From positions 13,477,679-13,541,678 of the forward strand of contig NC_068982.1 of the NCBI RefSeq assembly GCF_001194135.2: DNA of 64,000 bases. The letters are read 5' to 3'. The notes below the pieces were generated by a model. That model had not been told where the DNA came from, searched no databases, and worked only from the letters and a program-made list of their open reading frames with translations. The stretch comes from Octopus bimaculoides (taxonomy: Eukaryota). Position numbers and translations under genes: made by a program. Positions 37,841-52,820 of the stretch are shown here, one piece after another (position 1 is the first letter of the stretch; each line of letters opens with the position of its first letter).

Positions 37841-39099
37841 GATATATGCATCATATATATACCTGGCTTTGGGTAAAAGAAAATACAGGATGATCAGTTA
37901 ATGATTTTGTTCAACATATTCCGCTCTCATAATCACACACTCATCGAATAAAGTTTAACTGCCAACCACATATAGAAATAAAACCAAATGGACCAACACA
38001 TATCCAGGATATACAATGTCAATGGTAAATTTAAACCAGCCTTTATCACATTGAAATACCAGAAAAGAATACTTTATAAACCATCATAAAAATACTTCTG
38101 ATATATTTAGCAATGTAGTCCTAGGAACAATAACTGCATCCATGTTCTTGAATTTCTGAAACAACACAGCAGAAATGATAGCTCAATAGCTATGATGATG
38201 AGAGTCTGATAACTGAACCAGAAGGTATTTTTAAAACTGAAACACTGCAAAGCTAATTTGCAATAATTATCAATGACATATATCATATCTTTAATAAATG
38301 TTTTGCATTAAAAGGAGCTAGGTTTTTCTTGGATTTCTCCTAAGTCCAAACAAATTATCTCAAGTATTATGTTGCTATAGATGTCTTTCTAAAGCTTTCT
38401 TCCAAGTAGTAGACTCCTACCACCGCGAAAAAGAAACTGAAAGACAACAAGCAGAACAAATGTATAAAAGAGGACATGTAGCTCATGATTTCACATCTTC
38501 TTAAAGGAAAATATTACACCATGTTATATATTCAGCACTGTTTCCATCTTTTTAGATTTTAGCTTTACACAGATTTTACAGCGTCACAACTGATTATTGA
38601 AGCAGTAGCTCAACCTGTCAAGATGTAGTATAACTGAACTTTGAAGTTTCTTTTTCTTTTTTCTTTTTGACAAAGTCAGACATGAGAGAAGTCACAAACT
38701 TCTTGAGACCTAATTCATGATAATGATGGGGAGTCAGTACTCCCTGATTGCACTCAATAATGATTTATCTCATGCATATCATATCAAAATAGCAACAAAA
38801 CTACATCTTCATTTAAAGTTTATTCTTCGATGCATCATGTTGTTGGCTCCTTTACAATTTCCATTACAATTTGTTTGATTGTGTTGAGGATAGGTAGATA
38901 TCTGTACACACACAACACACACACATATACAATTGCAGTGTGGAAGGTATTTATAAGCCATTTAAAAACACAAAAAACCATTAGATTCACTTAAACATTT
39001 AAATTTAATTTGTCAAAATATTTTCGTCGCTTTGAGACTGCAACCCGTTTACTGACAAAATTCCATGATGTGTTTTTAAATGGCTTATAAATGGCTCTG

Positions 39100-39662
39100 T
39101 AGTACAAATGTCTTATTTTCATAAGATCTGAATTAAAATCTTCCACCAAACCTTAGTCACAATTTATGTTCCTAACACTAGCTTATTGATAACTAAGTTA
39201 TTTTACTAAATTCTTTGTTATATTTGAAATTAATTGAAAGAATCACAGAGCATCTCAACAGAAATCTGGTGGCGAGCTGGCAGAAACGTTAGCACACCGG
39301 GCAAAATGCTTACCGGTATTTCGTCTTCCATTGTGTTTTGAGTTCAAATTCCGAAGTTGACTTTGCCTTTCATCCTTTTGGGTTCGATAAATAAAGTACC
39401 AAAAAGGTGGCGGGCTGGCAGAGACGTTAACGCGTCGGGTGAAATGCTTAGTGGTATTTCATCTGCCATTACGTTCGGAGATAGAATTCCACCAAGGTCG
39501 ACTTTGCCTTTCTTCCTTTTGGGGTCGATAAATTAAGCACCAGTTATGCACTGGGGTCGATGTAATCGACTTAATCCTTTTGTTTGTCCTTGTTTGTCCC
39601 CTCTAATGTTTAGCCCTCTGTGGGCACTAAAGAAATAAGAAATATGGTAACAAAAGGGTTAA
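39100..39662. mobile_element. piggyBac-like MITE end containing two inserted SINE family A copies (39268-39643)
   Basis: Terminus aaaaggg|ttaa at 39652-39662; 'agaaat' on both sides of the SINE pair. A matching left-end type ttaa|ccctttagc occurs at 47969. Confidence 0.55.
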
Positions 39663-40198
39663 CAAATGATTAATTTAAAGGATTTTTTAAAAACAATAAG
39701 GGACTCATGAACATTTGTCAAAACACAAGGGACTTTTCATATCTTTTGATATGTATTTAAGTTACTGAGTAAGGTAAACTCTAAACAGGCCTACACCTGT
39801 ATTGTGAGACACTTCAATTTAAAGCACTCCTATTTGTTTATCCCTAATTCTCTTAGCTATAAATATTCTAGACCTGTCCAGCCAGCTTTTAAAGTGGAAG
39901 TGATGAGTAATTCCAAACACAGGTTGTTTTCTTTTTCTTTTTCACTGTTTTGAAATTTGCTCCTTTTTAAAATATGAGTCCCAAGATAAATAACACACAA
40001 CCGCAGTGAAATTTGATGTTTTTAATGTCCAATTTAACCTTCTATTTCATTGAGTGTTATAATTTATCTTTTGCCATTTACTTGTTTCAGTCATTAGACC
40101 GTGGCCATGCTGGGGCACTGCCTTGAAGAATTTTACACAAACACACTAACACCAGTTATCAAGCAGTGATGGGGGACAAACAGACAGACACACACACA

Positions 40199-40241
<43 letters not shown>

Positions 40242-40528
40242 GGAGAATCTACTAGAACAGATGCAAGTGCTAATTTATAAAAACATGTGACATATTAATA
40301 AAAATCTGTAAATGTACAACCATCCAGATATCTGAGTGCCTTATTATTTTTTCTAATATATAATTCCTGTACATCACCTCCAAACCTTCGTGTATTCTAC
40401 AGGGTGTCCACAATGCCTGGGTACATGGAGTAAATAAAATCATAACAAACATTTAAATATAAGAAATAATAATTTCTTAAAATATGTGTTAATCCCCATG
40501 TACCCAGACTTTGTGGACACCCTGTATG

Positions 40529-40563
<35 letters not shown>

Positions 40564-40573
40564 NNNNNNNNNN

Positions 40574-40613
40574 ACTGATGAGGTCACAGAAGTGTGACGA
40601 AAGAACTCTGGCC
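40574..40613 (+). ncRNA. Minimal type-I hammerhead motif, 5' helix-I strand hidden in the gap
   Basis: A-CUGAUGA-G-GUCAC-AGAAGU-GUGAC-GAAA-G-AA-CUC-UGGCC. Confidence 0.55.
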
Positions 40614-40734
40614 GAAATAAGATTAAGATTAAGATTAATGTAATATAACGCTGAAAAAAAAAAAAAAAATTAACACCAAATATACAGTGCGTGTGTTTTT
40701 ATTGGCTAAACTGGCAACATGACCATCCCCAAGT

Positions 40735-40778
<44 letters not shown>

Positions 40779-41289
40779 TCATCATTATTGTTTAACATCC
40801 GTTTTCCATGCTGGGATGGGTTGGATGGTTATACACACACAATGGGCTTCCAGTTTTTGTCTACCAAATTCACTCACAAGGCTTCGATTGTCCTGAGGCC
40901 AAAGTAGAGACACTTACACAAGATACCATGCAGTGGGCTGAACCTGGAACTGTGCAGTTAGGAAGCAAACTTCTTACCACACAACCACATGTACATCTGG
41001 TATTTCCTGGTATTTCAAATTACTTAGTTGTCTCATGCATATTTATACAACAGGATTCAGTTCAAATTCATTGTTGATTTTTCAGCTTTATTATAAAAAT
41101 ATGAAACTGTGCACTCTCATTGAAATCAGATGAAAGCTTGTGTAAAACTGTTGATTCTTGACATTGAGCTAAGAAATTCTTGGCAGAGACTATCAGGCAC
41201 ATACCATTTAAAAAAATGAACAATGGATTAGTTCTCATGTGTTAATATTATTCTTTACTTGTAAATTTACATGCAGTGTTGTTACAATA

Positions 41290-41600
41290 TATCCATCATT
41301 TTGCTTGCTTGCCATCCATCCCATTAATTTTTTTTCCCATTCTAAATAGCAAGTCTATTTTCTCCTTAAAGATTGTTTACTGCTTAGCATTTTCTGCAAT
41401 TGGGCTTTGTTCTTTCTCCATAGTCTAACACTGCTCTCAGCAGCACCAAATTTCTTAGAGGCCATGCAGTTGTTCTTTTCAGAAAATCCTATGACTAAAA
41501 GCTTAAATTTTCCATTGTATGTAAGGCATTGCTTTTCCTCATCCAACTTTTATTGGGTTGTGTGCTGAAAATTTTTTTCACTGATGGCATGCATCAGTAA
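41290..41600 (-). mobile_element. pogo-like transposase N-terminal DNA-binding relic
   Basis: LTYNGKFKLLVIGFSEKNNCMASKKFGAAESSVRLWRKNK resembles the 'Y...FKL.VI..AE...N..A.+.FG..E..VR.WRK' helix-turn-helix of pogo transposases. Confidence 0.65.
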
Positions 41601-42264
41601 TATAATTGTAATATTTCCAATTAAATAATCACTTTTAAACAATAGAGTGCATAACCATACAGCACCAATATGCTAACAAAATTAGCAATTGCCATTGGAT
41701 ATGTTTACATAGAAGGCTTCATAGCTGCAGGCAATGAAGAGTATACATGAATTGTCACATGTCTCAGAGCTACTGCCTTTAAGGTTCTTCATTTTCCACA
41801 AGTTGTTGTCACATTTATTTATTTATTTTTCTCACACTCAAGTTTCATGCAACTATTTAAATTCAGTGGTGATTTTTTAAATATAATATTTTCCACATTA
41901 TACAAGAGAAAGCATGATTTATTAAACAATCTGTAATGACATTAGAAATAAAAGTCACAGTTGCCTTGTTTTCTTATAGTCTTACGAATAGTAGGGATAC
42001 ATATATACACAAACTCACACACACACACACACAGACATGCACATATAATATATACATCATGTATAATATATACATAATCATCATTTAACATCCGTTTACC
42101 ATGCTGGCATGGATTAGACAGTTTGACAGAAGCTGGTAAGGCCGGGAGCCAAACAAGCCATCATTGTCTGTTTTTGTATGGTTTCTATGGCTGGATACCC
42201 TTCCCAATGCCAGCCTCTTCACAAAGTTACTGGGTACTTTTATGTGGCACCGGCCATATATATG

Positions 42265-42305
<41 letters not shown>

Positions 42306-42817
42306 ATATATATACATATGTATGTATGTATATATATATAACAGACAGTCTGTTAAAGTCTGTCATACCGGCCATGACGAAGGGAAATAGCCCTGAAACT
42401 CGAGTCACCTTTATATACTTATATTTATATATTTGATCCTTTATATTGAACACTCAATACTTCATCTACATTCAGTACTTTATTTCATGGTGCCATCCAT
42501 TTTTATTTTATTTTATTTTATATTATATATTATATTAGATATTGTATATTCCATATTCTATACCCCACATTGGTTCTGCAGGAATATAAATAAAACAAAA
42601 AACAGACAGTGTTGGAACTCTTTTAAACAAAATAATATATTCCTCTATACACAATCATACAAAAAAAAAAAAAAAANNNNNNNNNNNNNNNNNNNNNNNN
42701 NNNNNNNNNNNNNNNNNNNNNNNNNNNNNNNNNNNNNNNNNNNNNNNNNNNNNNNNNNNNNNNNNNNNNNNNNNNNNNNNNNNNNNNNNNNNNNNNNNNN
42801 NNNNNNNNNNNNNNNNN

Positions 42818-42890
<73 letters not shown>

Positions 42891-43938
42891 ATATATATGT
42901 ATATTAATATATATGTACATATGCATATATATATGTGTATATATATATATGTATATATGTATGTGTATATATATATATATCTCCAGACACACATGCACAT
43001 ATATATAGATATTTACATATACATAGTGCTACAATTTGATTTCCAGCAATAGCAATGTTTAATTATTTCCTGAATGAACAACACAACTGTGCCCAATATT
43101 CTCTTGCACACACGTAGCAACAATGGGTACTTATTAATGTAAGTATTTAGAGAGCTTACCCATCCACATTTACACAAACCTTCATTACATCAGGGAATTT
43201 TTTAGTAATTGTTTTGCCTGTTTTTGGACCCTGTGCAAGGCTTTTCTTTATTTTAAAAAGCTTCAAACACAGGGCATCAATTGATTTTTAACATGTCTAC
43301 CATGATCTTCATACCGTAGATAGCCATTACCAAAAAAAGGCAAAACATTCAATGAAAAATTCCATGATGGAATGAAGGTATGTATTAACATATACCTACA
43401 TACTCACACCCATACACATGGATACATTATATGTGTTTGTGCATGTATGTGTGCACATGCAAGCATACATGTGTGTGTGTGTGTGTGCATTGCATGTATG
43501 TGTATGTATTGTTTGTTTAACATTTTTCCGTGCTAGCATGCTTTAGATGGGGAAGGCATTTGATTTAGGATTCTTACAGTTGGATGAACTTCCTGTCACA
43601 AAACCTTATCTATTTTTCAGGTAAAGAATTTTTTTTTTTCCAGATAGCTTTGAAAGCACAAAGCTTGCGACTGATTTCTTGACAGAAAAGTAAAAATAAA
43701 CATCCCCCAGTTATTGGCTTGTTACAAACAGTGAAGTTACTGTGTGTAACTGAGCTGCAAAGGATCCCTGCTTTTGCCACAGCTCAGCAGAGACAGTACA
43801 CTTTCATATAGATACATGCAAAGACACACACACAAACACACACGTGTGATAGTCCTAGATAAAGCACAAAGATTTAGGAATGCAAATTATGGTAGATAGC
43901 AGTTTTTGTGCAGTTACTGTTTTCTTTTGTATTGGCAG

Positions 43939-44023
43939 GGTTCGAAATAGTCTTTAGCTGTCTTGTTAATTGTGCTACTAGCAGGAAGATGAAAACAAAG
44001 GCAACTATTGTGACAAAAATTCA
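43939..44023 (+). CDS. Candidate exon (GFEIVFSCLVNCATSRKMKTKATIVTKI; or, from a tagcag acceptor at 43985, EDENKGNYCDKNS)
   Basis: tttcttttgtattggcag acceptor, TCA|gtaagt donor, open frame. Confidence 0.35.
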
Positions 44024-46201
44024 GTAAGTCTTGGCAGAATCAACAGGAAAAATTTAGACTTATTGTGAGATGAATCAAATTCTGCCCAAATTAAATAAAT
44101 TCCTTCAACTATTGCTATTTTTGGATACTTTATAGATACCAAAAGAACAGGAATCAGTTTCGTGGTGACCAAATTTATCACAAAACAATTGAACCATTCC
44201 ATGTCTACTTGTAATGTTTGGTGAAGTTTAAATCCATTTTTGAGAAATTGTTAAGAAATGTCATTCAAGTTTAATTTTGAAGTTTTGTCATTTAGTTTCC
44301 TTCTGAAGTTGTCCACATCACTTAGTGGCTGAAATAACTCAGTGATCAAGTGTATGCACTGTTCAAATATTCACCTGTAACAAACCAGATTAACTCCTAA
44401 AAGAGGATTCTGCAGATATTTTCCCCTCTAAAATATATAAAAATTAAGGTCTTGAGAGATACACTAACAACATCAACTTTAATACTGAAGACAAATATCC
44501 AGCCAAACGACTGAGTTACCAGCATATCTTCAAAAATGGTTTGGTTTTAAAACTATCTTTTATCTATAGAATTGTTATATAGAAAAATGTCTAGGGTTAT
44601 ACATGTACCTTCAGCATATTACTTCAGAATCTAATGCTGCAAGAATTATGCAGTAATGATTTTTCAGTATGCAGGAAAACTGCCAAAAGATGTACAAACA
44701 AATGAATTAAAGGGTGTATGAATCTGACAAAGAATAATCCCTTATATATAATATAAACTCATTCACAATTAATAAATGAGTTTCTATAATTATATATATA
44801 GTATAATTTCCAATGGGAAATTACAGCTTTATTTTCATTATACCTAAATTCAAAACTAGCAAAGTGTTAACATTCTAACTGGGGCATTTGTAGGCTTCTT
44901 TGCCATTCTGTTAGTTTCCTAAAGTAGTACTGTATTGATTATTACTCCACTAATATATATACAGTATTGCAATGAGGTCTTGATTAAATATTAACAAGAA
45001 AATATATTGATATAACAGGAATTATCAGGAGAAATCTTAAATATTATCAACATAATCTAACACTATTTAAAGATTAAATTTCAGAGATAGACAGAACTTA
45101 ATATTTTAGATTATGAGTTGCAAAGAAATACATGTGAAACAAACACTGTACTATCTATATTGAACAACATTCAGCTTTCGTGAATTATTTCTCTCTAACA
45201 CTTCATCCTTTTATGACAGCTGTCAATTCTAATATATACACCTATGGTTTCCAGCTTCGAAATATTCTATCATGTTTCTGAATAACTTAGTAGACATAAT
45301 TTACATTCCACAATCATGTGTGTTCCCAAGATCAATATATCATGTTAGACAAGTCATATGTGATATCTTTTCTTGAAATATTTGATTTTGCGAGGCAGAA
45401 AAGCAATGATAAACAAAGGAATGAAATGAAAAAATATTTTTTTTTTTTATTATTTCATAGAATAAATGTATATATAAATATTTCAAATATTTCTAAATAA
45501 ATCTGATTTATCTAGTTTTAATGTGCACAACACATAAAATAAAATTGATTAGTTTGATGACTTTTCAAGTAATTTAGTCAACTCTTGTAGAAAAATGTCC
45601 TTAAAATTATTAATATACTCATGAAGGCAGTTATGATTTGTTTTCTTACTATATTAATCATTCTTTTACAAGGAATTTATGCTTGTCTCCAACAAATGTT
45701 AACATTTCTCTGAAAGCAAAATTAAATGATTTTGAAAAGAGCATTTTAAATCAATGTTTTATTTTTTAAGAACCATTGTTTCTCTCTGCTAACATTCTAT
45801 TACTAGATAGAAATAAAGCAATATAGCAATATGTGACATGCTGGGTGTATATCACGAAATAATTACTTTTCATTTTATATCAGTGCTTTATTTTCCTTTT
45901 GGCATCTTTTCAACAAATATACTCAAAAAAATGAAATTAATATCCATTGCTTAAAAGCATTTTGCCCAACTGAAGATAACTTTGAAACTACTCAAAAGAT
46001 TGTCAAACACAAAACAGCGCCATACTAAGCAAATGTTTCGACGTTTTTATTTTCAACAACCCTTGAAAATTACATGTCTGTATTTCTGAGACAAGTTCTT
46101 AATAAAGTAGCATAGATTAATATTCTATTGATGATAAAGGAAAGACTGCTCTAGTTGCAATGTTATACTGAAATAAATATCATTTCAACTGTCTGATTAA
46201 C

Positions 46202-46242
<41 letters not shown>

Positions 46243-46349
46243 CTTACTGTTCTATTAAAGTAGGATTGACAAAAATGTATTCCACCCAGTGAGAGATAAA
46301 TATCGTTATATATACAAATATGCATACATACATATATATCAGATACTTG

Positions 46350-47330
46350 ACTGGTTTGTATAGAAAATCCACTCCATTGATGTTTAACTCACAAGATATT
46401 GATATCAACTGGAAAACTCCACAGAATTAATGATATCGACAGGCTGTACCTGAGAAGAGCTGAAGGAGGTAGAGGCTTGAGATCCATGCTGTCAATCTTC
46501 AAATGTCATTGTCTCTCTCAAACAGTACTTCCTAAACAACAGCACCAAAAATAAATACATTAACTTATGCTGAAAAGTGAAGGAAATAATATCCTACACG
46601 TTGGCAGTGAACTTCTCAGGAAGCCCTCTCGTCCTCATGATCTCCCATACAACCCCAAAACAGCCAGACAAATATACATCAAAGAAGACCTAGATGTGAA
46701 ACACTCAGCATATCAAAAATAGATAATACATGAGTATGTTTCTTGAAGACTAATATCAACATGAAACACAGCTTCTCTTGGACTTTTGGTCACATCACAT
46801 CACACTTTGAAGGCTCTGCATTTGCAAGCCAAGAACAGGAGATTGCTACGAAATACAAATGAGATACTGAAGCAGCACTTGAAGGTCAAAGATGTGACCA
46901 AAAATGTAGATTGTCATATTTTTGTGGAAGACATCACAGTTGCCCCCAAAATGTCATTAAGGTTCTACTTCCCTATGCAACATGATGATGTCACAAAAAC
47001 AATATACAATGCTTATACAAAAAAAAAAAAAGACTGCCCTGGAATAAATATAGAGAATCCTCCTGTTATTGAATACATATACAAACATCAATACGAGGAA
47101 TACTGGTGGAAGATTCCCTTCAAAGCATCAGTGAAGTGTCAACATCACAGGCTGGATATTGTTGTTTGGGTCAGACAAAAAAAAGTATGTGCTCTCATAG
47201 GAGTCAGCTGTCCTATGGACAATTGCTTTGAAACCACCAACTTTTATCTCCAGAGTATAAATTCACATCTATACCCATAATAATTGGTTTTGTGGGTAAA
47301 TACCTTACTAACAGTCTGGAGAAGCTAGAG
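46350..47330 (+). mobile_element. R4/Dong-type LINE, degenerate C-terminal third
   Basis: DIDRLYLRRAEGGRGLRS, then remnant Cys-His region (DCHIF...QHDDVTKTIY), EYWWKIP, HHRLDIVVW...CALIGVSCPMDN (PD..D/E motif). Confidence 0.8.
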
Positions 47331-47368
47331 TTTTCTCACACATGCACAAACAAGCACAAGCACACACA

Positions 47369-47406
<38 letters not shown>

Positions 47407-47789
47407 GGGAGTGAATCCAGATTGATGTGTTGGGAAGAAAACGTCTTATCCCACAGCAATGTAATTGTTTAGATAATGTTATAAATAAAGTCAAAATTAA
47501 TATTCATTCATTCATAATAGATAAATAATCCCATTTATGGAATTAACAGGTTTAATTTAAGTTTATCAAGATTTGTCAGATGGCAAATACAGGATTGAAA
47601 CCAATAAGAGAAACATAAATTAAAATATATGATCTATTCAAGATATCTGTTGTCCATCTTGTATTTAGCTTTTCACTTAAATTGAAATTAATGACACGAA
47701 ATATATTGCTGTTGTTGCTACTTCGCTTGCTGCAGCTTCTTTTTATTGTTCCTTTGCATGTTGATTGGATAATATTGAGGTTAAGTAAA

Positions 47790-48237
47790 GAACGCAATCA
47801 TAGATAAGCTCCAGGGAATAAAATTAGATAACAGATTAAAAGTAGTTCTAGTAACATAAACATTATCAGTTTCACATCATACGTAGTTTATGCAGTATGT
47901 GTTTTGTTTATATGCCAAAGTTGCTGTGGGATAGTGTCTGGGTAAAATTCCTTACACAGCGCTAAGTGTTAACCCTTTAGCTTTTAAGCTGGCCATAGGT
48001 AGAATATTTATTCTATCTATTTTATGTTCAAACTGGCCAGATCTGACCTCTCACACCTACCCTGCAATGCCATTCTAACAATACACAGGGTGTCCACAAA
48101 GTCTGGGTACATGGGGATTAACACATACTTTAAGAAATTATCATTTCTTATATTCAATTGTTTATGTTATGATTTTATTTACTCCATGTATCCAGACCTT
48201 GTGGATACCCTGTATTATATATGTGTGTGTGTGTGTG

Positions 48238-48272
<35 letters not shown>

Positions 48273-49190
48273 GGTGTCCACAAAGTCTGGGTACATCGAG
48301 ATTAACACATACTTTAAGAAATTATTATTTTTTATATTTAATTGTTTATATTATGATTTTATTTACTCCATGTACCCAGACTTTGTGTACACCCTGTAGA
48401 ATTACATGATTGAAATCTTAAAGCAACAAGACAGTGCAGGCATTAATTCAAAATTATGGGAATAAATAAGCATTACATTTCATGAAGTAATCTGAAAACT
48501 AAAGCATCAAAGACACCTGAATATCACAGACCAGGTGAGACAACTTAATTCAGAATCACCAAGAATGGTAGATACTGATATTTTGCCATTATTGTGTACT
48601 TAGATCCTCTTAAAATGAAGTGAATCTCTGGTCTATTACTTATTGCAAATAGAGTGAGATCTATTTGCTGATCTGCTGAGGCAGAGCACACATGAAAGGA
48701 AATTAGATGAATTAAAAGCAGGTCTAGTAATGTAAGCATTATTAGATGAGCATACATGGTGTGTGTTTTGTTTATATGCCAAATTTGCTAAGGGATAGCA
48801 TCTGGAGAACATGATGCTAAGAGTTAAAGAACACCTAAATGTGACAGATCAGGTGAGACAACTCACCTTGGAATCACTGAGGATGGCAGATACCAATATT
48901 TCACCATTATTGTAACTTACCAATATCATGTATTTGGGTCATCTCAAAATGAAGTGAATTGCTGATCTGTGACTTATATGGAAATAGAATGAAATCTATT
49001 TGTTGATGTAATGAGGCATTAGCACACATGAAAGAAAATTAGATTACAAATTAAAAGCAGCTCTAATAATATAAACATTATTGGTCACGGATACATAGTG
49101 TATGTTTTGTTTATACACAAAATTTACTGCAGGATAGCATCCAATGAAAGTTCCCTATACAATATCAAGTGTTAAAGAACTCCTGAATGT
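47790..49190. repeat. Degenerate tandem array, ~320-340-bp unit, about three copies, interrupted by MITEs
   Basis: caggtgagacaac at 48532 and 48850; 'attaaaag.ag.tcta.taa..taa.cattat' and 'tgttttgtt.ata' blocks recur three times. Confidence 0.75.
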
Positions 49191-49485
49191 TGAAGCAAAT
49201 TTGGTGTATAAAACGAAACACATACTCTATGTATGTACAATCAATAATGTTTTCTAACGATGCTGGATGCTGTGGAATTATTGTGGATATGTGCAACAAG
49301 ATAATTTGAAAAAATTCATAAAATGAAGTCAATATATGTGCTTTAATCAACATTAATTTATATAAATCAGAAGCCATTTACTATAATCAGCAGTTTCCAA
49401 TAATACAATCAGAAAATTCAATCATATATTTCTTTCTGTAATCCCTCTCCCAATAGTAAATTTTACATTTTAGGAAATAATCTTC

Positions 49486-49516
<31 letters not shown>

Positions 49517-50009
49517 AAAAAACATGAAAAAGCCCAGAAAAATACTATAACTAGTCTATTATTTGCATTAAAATTTCTAAGTGTTCAAACCAGTTAATAA
49601 ATTTATCATCTTCTGTATGTTATTAATAGTTTAAAAAAAAAAGAAAGAAACAGAGATGATGATGATAGTAATAAAAATATTAATAATGATAATAAATTAA
49701 AATGAAATGTAAAGCAGAAATGAAACTTCACAACAAATAGATGCTATCAGAATTCTGACAGTTGAAATTAAGTTGTTTTGGAAATGATATATAATTTATT
49801 GCTAAGCAAAGCAAATATATGTTGTCAGGGACAAAAGAAACACTTAGTAGAACAAAAATTCTAGTATTTGTTGGCAGGATATTGTTTTCCCGCCGGATCT
49901 AGCCATGAAATCAATATACATACCACTTAAGATGCAAATCATTCTCACATAAATTTACACACACACACACAGAAAAATGAGAAGGTGAAGAAAGAAATAC
50001 CTTTAATTA

Positions 50010-50255
50010 TAGATGAGTGTATGTGCTTTTGTGTGTGTGTGTGTGTGTGTGTGCACGTGTGTGTATGTGTGTCAGTGCACATGTGCATATGTGCACATGT
50101 GTGTGTATATGTGTGTCAATGTACGTGTATGTGTGTGTGTGTGTATGTATGTGTGCACGTGTGTGTGCCCAAGTGTGTGTGTATATGTGTCAGTGTACGT
50201 ATGTGTGTGTGTATGTACGTGTGCATATGTGCTTGTGTGTGCGTGTGTGTAATGG
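50010..50255. repeat. Degenerate (TG)n array
   Basis: Directly visible. Confidence 0.9.
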
Positions 50256-50734
50256 AGACTGTGAGAAATGCTTGAATACATATATACATGTGCTGATATG
50301 TATATATTCATCATCGTTTTAACATCTACTTTTCCATGACTGCATGAGTCAGATGAATTTTAACTGAGGTAGGTCTTCTACAGCCAGGTGCTCGTATCCC
50401 AAAACCTCACCTCTTTCCAAGCAAGGTAATATGTCTTCATTGTCAGACCAGTCTCACAGAATGCATAAATATTCAGTCATTTTATACATACATTTCATAT
50501 GGTCATTTTTTATATGCTAGCCACTGATATAATCATTTTAATGATTATATCCTCAATTTATAAGTATATATATATATATATATATATAATGCAAGAGAGT
50601 TAGGGGTTGAGGATTCAACCCACTAAGGGATAGTATCTATCCAATATACTGCTGGGAGGGTACCCAATTATTGCTACACTAGTGTTATACCAAGTGCAAT
50701 AAATGGGATCGGGTTACCCCAAATTTGTATATTG

Positions 50735-50788
<54 letters not shown>

Positions 50789-50945
50789 NNNNNNNNNNNN
50801 NNNNNNNNNNNNNNNNNNNNNNNNNNNNNNNNNNNNNNNNNNNNNNNNNNNNNNNNNNNNNNNNNNNNNNNNNNNNNNNNNNNNNNNNNNNNNNNNNNNN
50901 NNNNNNNNNNNNNNNNNNNNNNNNNNNNNNNNNNNNNNNNNNNNN

Positions 50946-51005
<60 letters not shown>

Positions 51006-51423
51006 CACATATATACGTATGTATATATTTATATATGTATGTATATACAGAGAGAGAGTAAAAGGGAGAGAGATCATATAACTACGAACATGTTATAAAC
51101 TGTAAAGAATACATTATATATACATACGTATATACATCCATATGTATGTATGTTAGCATGTTTGTCTAGTGTATGCAATCATAGACAAAAATGTTAGAAA
51201 CATGGTTAACAAATCATTTTACCTTTTTATTTTTGTTTTTTTGACATTTGCAAAAAATTTTCGTTCTCATCAAGTCTATCAAGTTATTTCGAAATATATA
51301 TATATATTATTACTGCTATTTATATACATGAAACTTACTTAAATGCATTCCACCTTCGAACTCTTAGTGGTTTAAAGTTGCAGTTCAAAGGATAAAGTTT
51401 TTTTTTCTTTTCTTTTTTTGCAG

Positions 51424-51486
51424 CAGATTCCAACTTTGAAAACAATACAACATACAACGAAAAGAAGTCTAAAGCTGGAAAAACAT
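51424..51486 (+). CDS. Candidate 63-nt exon (QIPTLKTIQHTTKRSLKLEKH, or xDSNFENNTTYNEKKSKAGKT)
   Basis: Long T/C tract plus gcag(cag) acceptor, CAT|gtgaga donor; two frames open. Confidence 0.4.
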
Positions 51487-51846
51487 GTGAGAGTCAGTGA
51501 TAGAGGGTGGGAAGAAAACAAAAAGGAAAGTCCATGATATGAAGAGAGATGAATTAGAACATATTGACTGTGGGTTATGCAAGTTAGAAAAAGCAATGAC
51601 AGAACATAAATCAAAGCTGAAAAACAAAAGGCAAAAACAGAATATCTGGAAGCAAAAACTGATAAATTGAGACACTAAAGTGAGATTAATAGCATCTGGT
51701 GACAAAGAATAATGGCTTAAAAATCTGAATGAAATATATGTATACAGTTTATACATGGATACATATATATGCTGATACATACATATATCATCTCTAAATT
51801 AGTTATATATATATATATGTACGCATACAACATGTATATATGCATA

Positions 51847-51901
<55 letters not shown>

Positions 51902-52820
51902 NNNNNNNNNNNNNNNNNNNNNNNNNNNNNNNNNNNNNNNNNNNNNNNNNNNNNNNNNNNNNNNNNNNNNNNNNNNNNNNNNNNNNNNNNNNNNNNNNNN
52001 NNNNNNNNNNNNNNNNNNNNNNNNNNNNNNNNNNNNNNNNNNNNNNNNNNNNNNNNNNNNNNNNNNNNNNNNNNNNNNNNNNNNNNNNNNNNNNNNNNNN
52101 NNNNNNNNNNNNNNNNNNNNNNNNNNNNNNNNNNNNNNNNNNNNNNNNNNNNNNNNNNNNNNNNNNNNNNNNNNNNNNNNNNNNNNNNNNNNNNNNNNNN
52201 NNNNNNNNNNNNNNNNNNNNNNNNNNNNNNNNNNNNNNNNNNNNGATTACATCAGTGGCTAGTATATAAAAAATGACCATATTAGTAAAATTAATTTTCA
52301 AGATTTATATTTATATATATCTTAATGTGTATAGGGAACCCTCGTGTATAAAGAGCCCCCTAATTTTGGGGGTTTAAAATTTGGAAAAAAAGTTTTTGTA
52401 AGGGATTATAATACTATCCATATACAAGAAACTCCCATATTTTTTAACCTAATTTTTGGCAAAAAAGGTTTCCTTATACACATTAAACCCTGCAATGTGA
52501 AAGTTTGAACAAGTTCCCAATCACTTAGAGCCTACTGTGTGCTTTTGGGGCAGTGGGGAACTAGTATTGTTGAGGTTGCCTTGCAGCTTGCAATCTGAAA
52601 AGGAACAACTCATTTTGGAAGGAAAAGATTTATTGTGAGATGATAATGGAGAAATAAGTAGACAGAACTGTGTTGGGGTGGGAGTAATTGAGTTGGTAAA
52701 GGGGGAGAGGAAGATTAATATAAGCAGGGAATGTCAAGGCAGGAGAGAAAGTGGTAATGGTAATAGGGTAGGTTGAGTGGGTGAATCTAGTGATAAGATT
52801 GGTAGAGATGTTTTGTGTGT

